Positions 25,675-39,200 of a DNA stretch of 64,000 nt are shown one piece after another (positions within the stretch are counted from its first letter, which is position 1; each line of letters opens with the position of its first letter). Source of the stretch: Scyliorhinus canicula (lineage: Eukaryota). Both the position numbers and the translations under genes were made by a program. The notes below the pieces were generated by a model, which was not told the origin of the DNA, made no database searches, and worked only from the letters and a program-made list of their open reading frames with translations. Location: the NCBI RefSeq assembly GCF_902713615.1, contig NC_052158.1, forward strand, positions 13,388,546 through 13,452,545. Reading direction: 5' to 3'.

Positions 25675-26467
25675 TGTGAGATAATGCATTTTGGAAGGGC
25701 TAATGCAGGTAGGGAATGTACAGTGAATGGTAGAACCCTCAAGAGTATTGAAAGTCAGAGAGATCTAGGTGTACAGTTCCACAGGTCACTGAAAGGAGCA
25801 GCACAGGCGGAGAAGGTAGTCAAGAAGGCATACGGCATGCTTGCCTTAATTGGCCGGGGCATTGAGTATAAGAATTGGCAAGTCATGTTGCAGCTGTATA
25901 GAACCTTAGTTAGGCGACACTTGGAGTATAGTGTTCAATTCTGGTCGCCACTCTACAGAAGGATGTGGAGGCTTTAGAGAGGGTGCAGAAGAGATTTCCC
26001 AGGATGTTGCCTGGTATGGAGGGCATTAGCTATGAGGAACGGTTGAATAAACTCGGTTTGTTCTCATTGGAATGACGGAGTTTGAGGGGCGACCTGATAG
26101 AGGTCTACAAAATTATGAGGGGCATAGACAGAGTGGATAGTCAGAGGCTTTTCCCCAGGAGAGAGGGGTCAATTACTAGGGGGAATAGTTTTAAGGTGCG
26201 AGGGGCAAGGTTTAGAGGAGATGTACGAGGCAAGTTTTTTACACAGAGGGTAGTGGGTGCCTGGAACTCGCTGCCGGAGGAGGTGGTGGAAGCAGGGACG
26301 ATAGTGACATATAATGGGCAGCTTGACAAATACATGAATAGGATGGGAATAGAGGGATACGGACCCAGGAAGTGTAGAAGATTTTAGTTTAGTCGGGCAG
26401 CACGGTCGGCACGGGCTTGGAGGGCCGAAGGGCCTGTTCCTGTGCTGTACTTTTCTTTGTTCTTTGT
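25675..26467 (+). mobile_element. Young 5'-truncated CR1 3' fragment
   Basis: ORFs 25684-25977 (MHFGRAN...HLEYSVQFWSP) and 26082-26387 (RGDLIEVYKIMRGID...FFTQRVVGAWN), with a tttgttc tail. Confidence 0.95.
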
Positions 26468-26783
26468 AACTCCCAGTCTCACAGATGCATTTCAGTGCGT
26501 CCAGTCGACGTTCAAGCTCCGAAACCAGGCTCTGAAGCTAGTCAAATTGATGGCATATCCGGAAAATGTGGTCATCCTGACTGCTCGGAGAGTCTGGGCG
26601 AGTCTTCAGTTAAGATTGGAGTTCCTACCTGCTTCAGGCCATGCAGAACACTGGGGTGAGCTCCCCAGTCATGCTTTAATTTCATAGATGAAAAATTATT
26701 AAAGTTTAAAAAAAATCTACAGCTCTTACATTTCCTTAATGAGGCCTTATTTGGGAGAAAAATAACGTATGCACTACTTACCA

Positions 26784-26938
26784 TGATGTGGAGATGCCGG
26801 CGTTGGACTGGGGTGAGCATAGTAAGAAGTCTTACAACACCAGCTTAAAGTCCAACAGATTTGTTTCAAACACGAGCTTTCGGAGCACTGCTCCTTCCTC
26901 AGGTGAATCCTTAACCTAGTGTTGTAAGACTTCTTACT
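26784..26938 (-). mobile_element. Short Penelope-type insert with inverted arms and a 13-bp flanking duplication
   Basis: Perfect 20-bp inverted repeat (26821-26840 / 26919-26938), flanked by gcactacttacca at 26771-26783 and 26939-26951. Confidence 0.7.
26871..26907 (-). ncRNA. Putative minimal type I hammerhead ribozyme motif
   Basis: The minus strand reads uu-CAC-CUGAGGA-a-GGAGC-agu-GCUCC-GAAA-gc-UC-GUG: core boxes, a 5-bp stem II, a palindromic AGCU loop III and a 3-bp stem I. Confidence 0.6.
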
Positions 26939-27054
26939 GCACTACTTACCAATCAGCTCTCTCCCCGATAGCCTCTTCTCCAGCTCTGGATGCTGCTGAT
27001 TGTCTGTCCCAGTGTTCCACTCTTGCACTCTCCTGTAGCACTATCCAATACTAT

Positions 27055-27275
27055 GCTTCTCCGCTATTTATTGAAGACGCCTCGCCCTCTACACTCATTG
27101 TTGAAACCTTGTCTTCCACTCTGCGCTCTTTATTGAAACCGCGCGTCCCTCTCTCCATGCTTTACTGAAGTCTTACCGCGATCGGTCCGTGCTCTTTACT
27201 AAAGTCTTGCCTCACTGTCTCCACGCTCTGTATTAAATTTTGTCTCTCTCTGCACTTTTTATTGACATCTCCCCT
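27055..27275. repeat. Degenerate ~32-bp tandem repeat (7 units)
   Basis: The core (t/c)t(g/a)aa recurs at 27071, 27101, 27133, 27165, 27199, 27233 and 27262 in pyrimidine-rich units. Confidence 0.7.
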
Positions 27276-28539
27276 CTCTGTGGCTACTTATACAAGTAGA
27301 ACATTTTATCCAAAGCAAAATCAGGTAGAGAAAAGGAAAGGAAAGGCGAGTGGAATTAAGAGAGGAGAGATAAAATGCAAAAAGAATACGGAAAACACTC
27401 AACAATAATCAGATTGTGATGGAGTCATCATCCACACTTGGAAAAGTAAGGTCACAGTGTAAGTGACTTTCTAAGACAGTAATCAAGACTTATTACACGA
27501 TTAAAAGTGAAATCACAATTGAATTAAATCTCTATTCTTGACGTGTTTAGTCTGGAATCTTGAATCTGACAGACCTTAACGAAGTTGGTGTCGATATTTC
27601 TCGGATTCTGCATGTGATATTCAAACTGTGCAGTCATTGTTTTGGCAGGTACGAGTCAATTTCCTTACGTCTCCACTTTGAAGTTACCACCTCTGTTGCC
27701 CCATTGTTTTCTCTCATCACATGGAAAATATTTGCTTTGCACCTCACCTCAACATTCTCATTAATCAACTTTCCTGTTTTACTTTGTTCTTTAATCTTAA
27801 TTTTCGCCATTCTTGACACTTGTCATAAACTATCGTTGCACAATTTCTGATGAAATAGGAACAAGGATTCTCACAATATTTATTTCCGTTTCAGATTGAG
27901 TTTCTGGCCATTTTAGTCTTTTCACAAATAATCTTCGTAAATCTTTGTTTTAACACCTTCATGGCAAACGTTTGGAGAATGCCACTCAGCAGGAATGGCA
28001 TTCCCTCTGATTATCCTACTTAAGTAGTCCAGTAAGAATGTACCATTCAGTGGCACAAATGGTGCACATGGTGGCATATTTACCCAATACAAATGTACTT
28101 GGCAAATTTTTAACAGTTCTGCAAGATTCTGTTCCTACTTTAGTATTTGCACTGGTCTTTCACAGTGAGGTATTGTATAAGACAGGAGTTGCAGTTTCTA
28201 ATCCTCTTATTCTTCAAGAAAATGCTGACAAAACCCTTTAAAACATGGTGCTTCCCGATTGCGTTCCACGAATGATTTTGTTACAGCCAAAACAACAGGA
28301 AAATGCAGAGATCTAACTGAAAATAACACACTTCGTTGACAGATAAAATTAGGTGAATCTTTATCTTTCTATTCTTTAATAAAGCAGTGATCATGTTCAG
28401 TGTTCCCCTGCCCAACGTTCAACTGTTCTTTTTGTAACATAGGAGTGGAATTGGTAAGGTAAAATTGAAGGTCAACCCTTTTGTGAAAAAAAAGATTGGT
28501 TGCAATTTAACTGTCGCTGGCAAGGGTAACATTTGTTAC

Positions 28540-28920
28540 TGATCCCGGGAAAGACGAGATTTTATTTGGAGGAGAGTTTGAGTAGGTAGTCCTGGACTCA
28601 CTTGAATTTAAAAGAATGAGAGGCGACGTTATTGAGGCATATAGCATTCTCGGGGATTTGACAGGGTAGACGCTGAAAGGCTGTTTCCTCTTTTCGAAGA
28701 GTCCAGGATAAGAGGCCATAATATCAGAGGAAGGAATCACCCATTTCAGACGGAGATAAGAAGAAATTTCTTCTCTCAGAGGCTATCGCAACTGTTAAAT
28801 TATTTAACCCTGAGAGCTATAGAGGCTGGGTTGTTATTACGTTCAAGGTTGAGATAGACAGATTTGTAATCGTTGTGGGAATCAAGGGTTATGGAGATAA
28901 TGCGAGAAAGTGGTTCAGGA
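28540..28920 (+). mobile_element. CR1 3' fragment, left part (continues at 34372-34460)
   Basis: KRMRGDVIEAYSILGG-like sequence and FFSQR motif. The tail resumes after the L1. Confidence 0.85.
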
Positions 28921-31900
28921 TTTACTTAAAAAAACGTTTTATTAAGGCGTTGATGATTTTATAACAATAAACAAATATATATGTACACATAGATCACTGC
29001 GTAGCACATCCCTCAATCTCCCACTGTTCCCGCCTGTGTAAAATTGCCTAACTCCCCCTCCCCCCTAACCCCCCCCCCCCCCCACCCCCCCCCCCCCCAC
29101 CCTCCATTGAATCTGCTGACAGTTTAGTTTTCTGTGAAGAAGTCGATAAACGGCTGCCTCCTCTGGAAGAACCCTAACACTGGCCATCGCAGGGGAAACT
29201 TAATTTTCTCAAGTCTGAGAAACCTAGCCATGTCACTAGCCCAAAATTCCTGATTTCGGGGGCTTCGAGTCCCTCCATGCTAATAAGATCCATCTCCGGG
29301 CTACCAAGGAGTCAAAGGCCAAACCTTCAGCCTCTCTCACCCCCTGGACTCCCGGATCGTCTGACACCCCAAAGGTCGCCACCTCTGGACTCCTGTTTTT
29401 AGTACTGTGGACATGACATCCGCAAATTGCTGCCAGTATCCCCAAAGCTTCGGGAATGCCTAAAACAAATGGACATGGTTTTCTGACACTCACGCACACT
29501 CACACACTTGTCCACTATCCCAAAATACTTGTTCATCCGGGCCACTGTCATGTGTGCTCGGTGAACCACCTTGAATTGTATCAAGCTGAGCCTGGCACAT
29601 GATGAGGACGTGTTGACTCTGCTCAGAGAATCCTCCCACTGACCCGCCTCTAACTCCTTTCCAAACTCATCCTCCCATTTATGCTTTAGCTCACCTCTCT
29701 GAGTTTCCTCCCATTCCATTGGTTCTTTATAGTTATCCGAATGACCCTCCCCCCCCCCCGTTCTGGAAGCTACCTTGTCCTCCACCACCTGTGGCGGTAG
29801 AAGTAGAAAGGTCGAAACTTGCCTTTGCCCAAAATCCCTTATCTGCAGATATCGAATCCCATTCCCTCCCGGAAATTCAAACTCTTCCTCCACACCCTCA
29901 AAAAATGGAGAGCTCCCATCAATAAATTTGTCCCCCAGCCTCTCAGGTCCTGCTCTCTGCCACCTCCGAAACTACCCATCCAGCCCCCGCAGGACAAACC
30001 GGTGATTACCACAAATCGGAGCACACACTGACGCTCCCTCCTCTCCCATATGCTTCTGCCACTGTCACCAAACTCTGAGGGCCGTCACTACCACCGGGCT
30101 GGTGGAGTACCAGGCTGGCGAGAACGGCAGAGGAGCCGTAACCAATTCCCACCAACGTGCCTTTATTCGCTCCCACACGGACACTCTCTCCCCCCCCCCC
30201 CCCCCATTACTCACTTCGTGATCATGGCTATATTTAGCGCCCAATAGTAATTACTAAAGTTCGGCAGGGCCAGCCACACGCCCCCCCCCTCCCCCACTTC
30301 ACGGCTCCACTCAAACAGCACTTTGTGTACTCGCGGGTTTTACCCGCCCACACAAAACCAGAGATCATTCACCCGCTTAAAAAAGGCCTTTGGTATGAAA
30401 ATGGAGAGGCACTGGAAAACAAACAGAAATCTGGAGAGGGCTGTCATTTTTACGATCTGCGCCCTCCTCGCCAGTGACAACGGGAGCATGTCCAACCTCC
30501 GAAAGTCCTCCTTCCTTTGTTCAACTAGTCGGGTCAAATTTAATTGATGTAACTGCTCCCATCCCCATGCCACATGAATTCCCATGCGACGAAAACTCCC
30601 TCCCACCACTTTAAATGGCAATTCCCCCAGTCTGCTCCCCTGCCCCCTCAGCTGGATCACAAAAACCTCACTTTGACCCACATTCAATTTATACCCCGAG
30701 AATCGGCCAAATTCCCATAATCTCCCCCATTCCCCCAACGGGTCAGAAACATATTGGAGTAGGTCGTTTGCATATAAGGAAGCCCTGTGTTCCACCAATT
30801 CCCCCCCCCCACCCCACCCCCACGGACTAGCACCTTCCAATCCTTTGATGACCTCAGCGACAACGCCGATGGCTCTACGGCCAACGCAAACAACAGTGGG
30901 GCGAGAGGACATCATTGCCTTGTCCCCCAGTGCAATTTAAAATAGTCCAAACTCAAACGGTTCGTCCACACACTCGCCACAGGTGCCTGGTATAGCAACC
31001 AATCCCATTCAATAAAGCCCTGCCCAAACCCGAACCATCCCAGGATCTCCCACAGATAATCTCATTCTGCGTCCATAGCGACCATTATCTCCACCTCCCT
31101 TCGGACGGCATCATATTATTAGGAGCCTTCTAACATTGGCCGTTAGCTGCCTGCCTTTATCAAACCTCGTCTGCTCTTCCCCTATCACCTCCGGAACACA
31201 GTCCTCCATCCTTGAAGCCAGAATTTTGGCCAGCAATTTGGCATCGATATTCAATAGGGGGATTAGTCTGCATGACTCACATTGCTCTGGGTCCTTCCCC
31301 CGCTGCAGGGTCAATGATATCGAAGCATGCAACATTGGGGATGGTCAACTCTCTCCCTAGCCTCATTAAATTCCCTCACCAGCAGTGCGCCCAGCATCCC
31401 AGAAAACATTTTGCAGAATTCCATAGGGTAGCCACCCAGACCCAGGGCCTTGCCTGACTGCATGGCCTCCAAACCCTCTACTACTTCTACAATCCCATTC
31501 TGGGCTCCCAACCCCTCCACTAACCATTCCTCCACCTTCGGACACTCCAACCCCTCTAAAACCTGCCTCCTCCCTTCCATCCCAGCTGGGGGTTGCGACT
31601 TATAAAGCCGAATATAAAACTCCTTAAACATCCCATTCACCCCTGCTGGGTCCAATACCGTATTCCCTCCTCTGTCCTTCACTCTTCCTATCTCCCTGGC
31701 CGCCTCCCTCTTCCTTAGCAGGTGTGTTAGGATCCTACTGGCCTTCACTCCAGACTCATATTCTACCCCCGTCACCTTCCTCAACTGCCCCACCATTTTT
31801 CCTCTGGATAACAGATCAAGCTCCATCTGCAGCTTCTGCCGCTCCTTCAGCAACCCCACCTCTGAAGCTTCAGAATCCCTTCTATCAACCTGGAGTATTT

Positions 31901-34367
31901 CCCTCACTAGCCTATCCGTCTCTATCCGCTCCACCTTCTCCCTATGAGCCCGTATCGAAATTAGCTCACCTCTATTCACTGCCTTCAGTGCTTCCCAAAC
32001 CGTTGCTGACAAAACTTCCACTGTATCATTTATCTCCAAATAATTCTGGAGGATCTCCCTCAACTGCCCGCACACCCCATCATCCACTAACAGTCCTACA
32101 TCCAATCTCCATTGCGAGCACTGACCCCCCCCCCCCCTCCTCGCTCACCCGTAGATCCACCCAGTGTGGGACATGATCTGGCACAACAATCACCAAATAC
32201 TCGATATCCAGCACCCCCACCAGTAAAGCCCTGCATTAAATGAAAACAAATCAATCCGGGACTATACTTTGTGCATATAGGAAAAAATAGAAACTTTTTC
32301 GCTCCTGGCCGCCCAAACCTCCACGGGTTAGCCCCCCACCGACCCCGCATCTGTTCCATAAACCCCTTTAGCTGCTTCGCCGCAGATTGCACCTTCCCTG
32401 TCCTTCAACCCGGCCAATACAACCTTGGATCAATCACCATATTAAAGTCCCCCCCCCCGCCCCCGGCCCATGATCATTTTATGTGAGTCCAGGTCCGGGA
32501 TGTTCCCTCACACCCGCCTCATCAACTCTGTGTGGTCCCACTTCGGTGTGTAAATATTCACTAATACCACCGGCATCCACTCCAGCTTCCAACTCACCAT
32601 GAGATACCTAACCCCGTGTGCACCATTATATTCCCTACCTCAAATGACACCCGCTTATTGGTCAGGATCGCAAGCTTCTAGTTTTTGAGTCTAGCCCCGA
32701 GTGAAATACCTGCCTGACCCACTCCTGCCTCAGTCTAGTCTGATCTGATCTTCAGGTCTGTCTATTGTAGCATTTCCACATTCCCCTTCAACCTCCTCAA
32801 ATGTTCGAACACGTGAGCCCTTTTGACTGGCCCATCCAGCCCTATCACGTTTCATGTGATCAGCCAGGTTGGAGTCACCCCCCCCCCTTCGCCGATCAAT
32901 CATCACCCTTATTATGCCAGCCTCCAACTCGCATCCCACGCCTCTTTGGGCCCACAGCTCGGGAGTCCAACGTCATCGACCTCCAGTTTGTCTCCCAATG
33001 CTAGCCCCTCCCCTGTCAACAGAATAATTCCTCCACCCACCCCGTTCCCCCCACTAAGAAAACAACAATTCCAACCCCCCATATCAAACTGGTCACCTGC
33101 TTGCCCCCAACTGCGCTTCCGTGAGCTAACTCGCCCAACTAGCCGAGCAGCCCCCGCCCAGGGTGCCAAGCATCATATCCCCTAGTGTTCTCTCTCCCCC
33201 CCGCTCGATCATACATATACAAAGTATCACAATCCCCAACAAACACAAGGAAGAAAATAGCACCCACCATTCCCCCACAGGAACAAAGTTGACCGCATAC
33301 AAAACTAAGCAACTGGCCAAAGATTGGTACAAAAGCACTGCATACACAGCTCAAAAAGAAAATGAATTTAGCAGCACAGGTGCAGAATTACTCTCCCCCA
33401 TGTTCAATGTCCTCAATCACCTTCCAGTCTCCTGCCCTTGACAAATTTCATCACCTCATCCGGCAATCAGAAATAAAGTTATTGGCCCTTGTAAGTGCCC
33501 CACAAGCCAGCTGGGTACAACATGCCGAACTTCACCCCCTTTTTGAAGAGGGCCAATTCAACCTTGTTAAAGCTCGCTCTTCTTTTGGCCAGTTCTGCAC
33601 CCAAGTCCTGGTAAATGTGCAGCTCATTGCCTTCCCATTTGCAGCTCCACGTCTGCCCGGCATACCTCCAAATCTGTTCCTTACCCAGAAACCGATGCAT
33701 TCATACCACCATCGCCATCGGCGGCTCATTCATGTGCGGCATTCTCGCGAGCACTCTTCCACTTCCAAGGGTCGAGCAAATGCACAGTTGCCAAGCAACT
33801 TCTCAAACATAAGTGCCACGTATGCCCCTGCGTATGATCCCTTAATGCCCTCCAGGAGGCAAACAATCTTAAAATTCTGCCTGCGTGACCTGTTCTCCAA
33901 ATGCTCCACCTCCTCCTGCACCCTTTTCTGATGGTCCCTGATCAGATCCATCTCTATGGCTATCGCTGTTAGCTGGTCCTCGTGCTCAGCCATCTTCTCT
34001 TCCACCTTCTGGATCGCCAGTCCCTGGGCTTCCAATATTTGCTCAACCCGATCACTCTCCGTCTTAATCGGGTCCAGGTATCCTGCCTTTGCGTGGCGAA
34101 ATTCTCCTGGAGGAATTTCACCAGCTGTTCCATCGACGACTGGGCCGGCAATCCCAACTCCTGAACCTCCGCCATATTTTCATATGCTGCAGGCTCCACT
34201 CTCTTCTTTTGCCAATAACCTCTGCTTTGCAGAACACTTCTGGGCCACGACTCCACCGGTAGGGTATTCCTGTTCTCTGCTTCACCAGTCTCCAATTTGT
34301 ACCAGTCAAATCCCCCATAAATAGGGGGAATAAGTGACATCTCACATCATGGCCGCCACCGGAAGTC
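28921..34367 (-). mobile_element. Near full-length L1-clade LINE (ORF1 and ORF2 both disrupted)
   Basis: 5' end gacttccggtggcggccatg. ORF1 coiled coil plus HIYQDLGAELAKRRASF...LYPA. ORF2 motifs RLIPLLNIDAKLLAKILA, FALAVEP, LYANDLL, SGYKLN and YLQIRDF. TSD gttcagga(t) at 28913-28921 and 34372-34380. Confidence 0.95.
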
Positions 34368-34459
34368 AGGAGTTCAGGATTATCATATCAGATCAGTCAT
34401 GATCTCACGGATTGATGGAGTAGACTCGATGGATTGGATGTCCTACTTCTGCTCCTTTT

Positions 34460-35370
34460 TAAAATCGTTTTATTTCTTTCGGTAAAGGACATCAGTGAAA
34501 CAGATACGTTTTTACAACAATTTATGATAGTTTCACGGTCACAATAATTGAGCCTACTTTTCAAATTCAGATTTTTAAAATTGGGAATTGAGTTGAAACT
34601 CATGTATTTTAAATTATTCTTTCGTGGTATGTTGGTGTTGCTAACAAGGACATCCCTAATGGCTTTTGAACAGAGTGGTTTGCTAGACCATTTCAGAGGA
34701 CACATGATTTAAACTATCCTGCTGTGGGTCTGGCGTCACATAGAGGGCAGATCGCATAAGGACGGCAAATTTCCTTCCCTTAGAACAATTAGTGAAACAG
34801 ATGGACTTTCACAAGTTACGATGATAGTTTCATGGTCAACACTCTTGATATGTCTTTCAATTCCTGCTTTATCAATGTCTCCAGAGCAATAGCCGGAGTC
34901 TCTGTATTACTCGCCCAACCAGATTAAAACGAAGCCAAAGTCTTGACTAAAGTATTGCTGCAAATCGCGATTCCATTTAGAAGTGTATTAACTTGTTACA
35001 CATATCAACCCTGATTGGAAGGGCTGGATTCTCGTGAGTATAGGAGCACAATTAAACTAAAATAAATTAATTTAACTGAGAATGTCATTGTCCTTTAGAG
35101 ACTCTCGGTTTGCTAAAGACCCCCTCCCTCCGCCCCCGATTTTACATCGGTCCATAGCGTAATTCTGCAATACCACCCGCTCAAACATTCGTTCATGTGA
35201 TGTGGCTCTCACTGGCTCTGCCGATATTTATTGACCAGTTAAGTGTCAAACACATTGCTGTGTTTTTGCAGTCTGATGCAAACCAAGTGAGGGCAACAAA
35301 TTTCCTTCCCTCAAAGTTATTAGTCAGTTGCAATTTACGACAATCATCACATGGTCATCATTACCTCAGC
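34460..35370 (+). mobile_element. Three old copies of a shared short repeat (SINE/LINE tail type)
   Basis: atttccttcc...ggacattagtgaaacag...tttcatggtca-like blocks at about 34480, 34765 and 35295; a similar block lies near 59890. Confidence 0.5.
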
Positions 35371-36299
35371 AGGTCTGGAAGCATCCATGGAAAGAGAAGT
35401 AAAGTTAACATTTCCAGTTGTAGAGGATACTTTTTCATAACTGTTCCCCAGTCTCTGTGCTCCATTCGCTTCCGGTACAGCATTCCGCGTTTGATAATGC
35501 TGTTAAAACTCACTCTTTGCTCAAGCTCACCCAAACGTTTGGGAGCCTGCAGCTCATTCTGTGTTTGCTTTCGAGTCCAGCTCATCGAGCTTCTGTAATG
35601 TGTCATAGGTCATGATTCAACACTAACGAGGTGCAATTGTCCACAGGTTGGGGAAAAAAGCACACGAAATTGCATTTCTGCAGCAACCTGAGTTGGTTTC
35701 ACTGACTTCACTGGGACTGAATCGGTCCCTTCCCCGTCCTTGCCGCATCAGAAGGTGAAGGGGAAAAGTCGCAGTTGAGCACACGGTTGAGATTGTCATC
35801 GCAGGGTAGTAAGAAAGGGGTGCTGCATTGCCGGAAGTGCCAACTTTTGGATGGGATGTTAAAGAACGTTCTTGTCTGCACATTGAGGTAGCTTTAAGAA
35901 AATACATAACAATTTTCAAAAGAAGAGAAATTCCTGGTGTCCTGCATAATATTTACCCATGAAAGCCCGGCATCATTATCTGACTAGGCCAATATTCCTG
36001 TGTTTACTAAATTACAATATGCTCGGCATTTTCGGGAGTCACCTGATGTGAGCGCGGGTGCTTCCGCGTTTTCGAGATCTGGCTCTCCTAGGCTTTTAAT
36101 CCTTATCTTATCCCAGTGCACATTTCATTATTATCATTCTTTGGGACACATGTCCTGGAGAATCCTGGAGTTTTGAAGTCGAGTTAAATTATAGAGATTC
36201 TTCGTTTAACTGAGGCGACCGTAGTTGGCAGGGGTGGGCCCCAACTTGCAGTTGTGTTGTTGCGATCGGCGGTGCTGTGTGCATCGGGCTGATGGCAGC

Positions 36300-39200
36300 C
36301 ATTAAAAAAAAAGAATAATAATCTTTTATTGTTGCAAGTATGAAGTTACTGTGAAAAGCCTCTAGTCGCCACATTCCGGCGCCTGTTAACATAGAACATT
36401 GGACATAGAACAGTACAGCACAGAACAGGCCCTTCGGCCCTCGATGTTGTTCCGAGCATTGTCCGAAACCAACACCAAGCGATCCCACTCCCTGTCATTC
36501 TGTTGTGCTCCATGTGCCCTTCCAATAACCGCTTGAAAGTTCCGAAAGTGTTGGACTCCACTATCACAGCAGGCAGTCCATTCCACACCCTAACCACTTT
36601 CTGAGTAAAGAACCTACCTCGGACATCCCTCCTATATATCCCACCCTGAACCCTATAGTTATGCCCCCTTGTAACAGCTACATCCACCCGAGGAAATAGT
36701 CTCTGAACGTCCACTCTATCTATCCCCCTCATCGTCTTATAAACCTCCATTAAGTCGCCTCTCATCCTCCTCCTCTCCAAAGAGAAAAGCCCTAGCTCCC
36801 TCAACTTTCCTCATAAGACCTATCTTGCAAACCAGGCAGCATCCTGGTTAATCTCCTTTGCACCCTTTGCAATGCTTCCACATCCTTCCTATAGTGAGGT
36901 GACCAGAACTGCACACAATACTCCAAATGTGGTCTCACCAGGATCATGCATAGTTCCAGCAGAACCCCGCGGCTCTTAAACTCAAGCCCCATTTTAATAA
37001 ACGCTAACACACTATACGCCTTCTTCACAGCTCTATCCACTTGAGTGGCAACCTTCAGAGATCTGTGGACATGAACCCCAAGATCTCTCTGTTCTTCCAC
37101 ATTCCTCAGAACCCTGCCGTTGACCCTGTAATCCGCATTCAAATTTTTTCTACCAAAATGAATCACCTCGTATTATTCAGGGTTAAACTCCATCTGCCAT
37201 TTTTCGGCCCAGTTCTGCATCCTATTAATGTCTCTTTGCAGCCTACAACAGCCCTCCACCCCATGTACTACTCCACCAATCTTGGTGTCATCAGCAAATT
37301 TACTGACCCACCCTTCAGCCCGCTCCTCCAATTGATTGATTAAAAATCACAAATAGCAGAGGACCCAGCACTGATCCCTGTGGTACACCGGTGGTAACTG
37401 CTCTCCAGTCTGAAAATTTTCCATCCACCACCACCATCTGTCTTCTATGTGATAGCTAGTTACTTATCGAATTGGCCAAATTTATCTCTATCCCACGCCT
37501 CCTTACTTTGTTCATGAGCCGAACATGGGGAACTTTATCAAACGCTTTAGCAAAATCCATGTATATACATCAACTGCTCTACCTTCATCTACACACTTAG
37601 TTACCTCCTCAAAGAACTCAATCAAATTTGTGAGGCAAGACTTACCCTTCACGAATCCGTGTTGACTATCCCGGAATAAGTTGCATCTTTCCAAATGCTC
37701 ATAAATCCTATCGTTCAGGAGCTTTTCCATTAACTTACCGACCACCGAAGTTAGTCTAACCAGCTTATAATTACCAAGGTCATTCCTATTCCCTTTCTTG
37801 AACGGAGGAACAACATTCGCCACTCTCCAGTCTTCTGGCACTATCCCCGTGGACAGTGAGGACCCAAATATCAAAGCCAAAGGCTCTGCAATCTCATCCC
37901 TGGCCCCCCAAAGAGTCCTTGGATATATCCCATCTGTCCCAGGGGACTTGTCGACCCTTGGAATTTTCAAAATTGCTACTACATCCTTCCCCAGAACATC
38001 TACATCCTCCAGCCTACCCGCCTAAATCACAATCTCATCGTTAAAAACATGGTCCCTCTCCTTGATGAACACTGAAAAAAGTATTCATTCAACGCTCTCC
38101 TATTTCTTCTGACTCCAGGCACAATTTCCTTGACCGGCCCTAGCCTCACCTTGGTCATTCTTTTATTTCGCACATAAGAGTAAAAAGCCTTGGGGTTTTC
38201 CTTGATCCGACCTGCCAAGGACTTCTCATACCCCCTCCTAGCTCTCCTAAGACCTTTTTTTTTTAGCTCATTCCTTGCTACCTTGTAACCTTCAAACGAC
38301 CCAACTGAACCTTGATTTCTCATTATTACATATGCTTCCTTTTTTCCTCTTGACAAGACATTCAACCTCTTTTGTGAACCATGGTTCCCTCACACGGCCA
38401 TTTCATCCCTGTCTGACAGGGACATACCTATCAAGGACACACAGTACTTGCTCCTTGAACAGGCTCGACTTTTCATTTGTGCCTTTGCCTGACAGTTCCA
38501 GTTCCCATCCTATGCTTCCTAATTGTTGCCTAATCGCATCATAATTACCCGTCCCTCAATTATAAACCTTGCCCTGCCGTATGGCCACATCCCTCTCCAT
38601 TGCAATAGTGAAAGACACCGAATTGTGGTCACTATCTCCAAAGTGCTCTCCCACAAACAAATCTAATACTTGACCCGGTTCATTACCCAGTACCAAATCC
38701 AATGTGCCCCCCCCCCCCTTTTGTCGGCCTATCCACATATTGTGTCAGGAGACCCTCCTGCCAACACTGTACAAAAACTTCCCCATCCGAACTGTTCGAC
38801 CTATAGAGGTTCCAATCAATATTTGGAAAGTTAAAGTCAACCATGACAACTACCCTGAGACCTCCACACCTATCCATCATCTGTTTTGCAATTTCTTCCT
38901 CCACATTTCTATTACTATTTGGGGCCTATAGAAAACTCCTAACAATGTGACCGCGCCTTTCCTATTTCTAACTTCGGCCCATATTACCCCAGTAGGCAGA
39001 TCCCCTTCGAACTGCCTTTCTGCAGCCGTTAAATTATCCTTGAGTAACAATGCTACTCCTCCACCTCTTTTACCACCTTCCTTTCTCTCACTGAAACGTC
39101 TATACCCCAGAACATCCAACAACCATTCCTGTCCCTGTTCTAACCATGTCCCCGTAATGGCCACAACATCGTAGTCCCAAATACCAATCCACGCTCCAAG

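Noticed and set aside
27055-27275. CRISPR-like periodicity
   Set aside because: Eukaryotic context, whole units are degenerate copies with no unique spacers, and there are no cas genes.
27551-28023. Plus-strand exon candidates at 27551-27648 and from 27896 (TM-like IEFLAILVFSQIIFV)
   Set aside because: The phases are incompatible with each other and with the phase-1 receptor exons, and the peptide is not recognisable.
27453-28169. CACAGTG heptamers (27453, about 28162; also 3950, 14555, about 20776)
   Set aside because: No nonamer at 12 or 23 bp spacing and no adjacent V/D/J segment. Several lie inside repeats.
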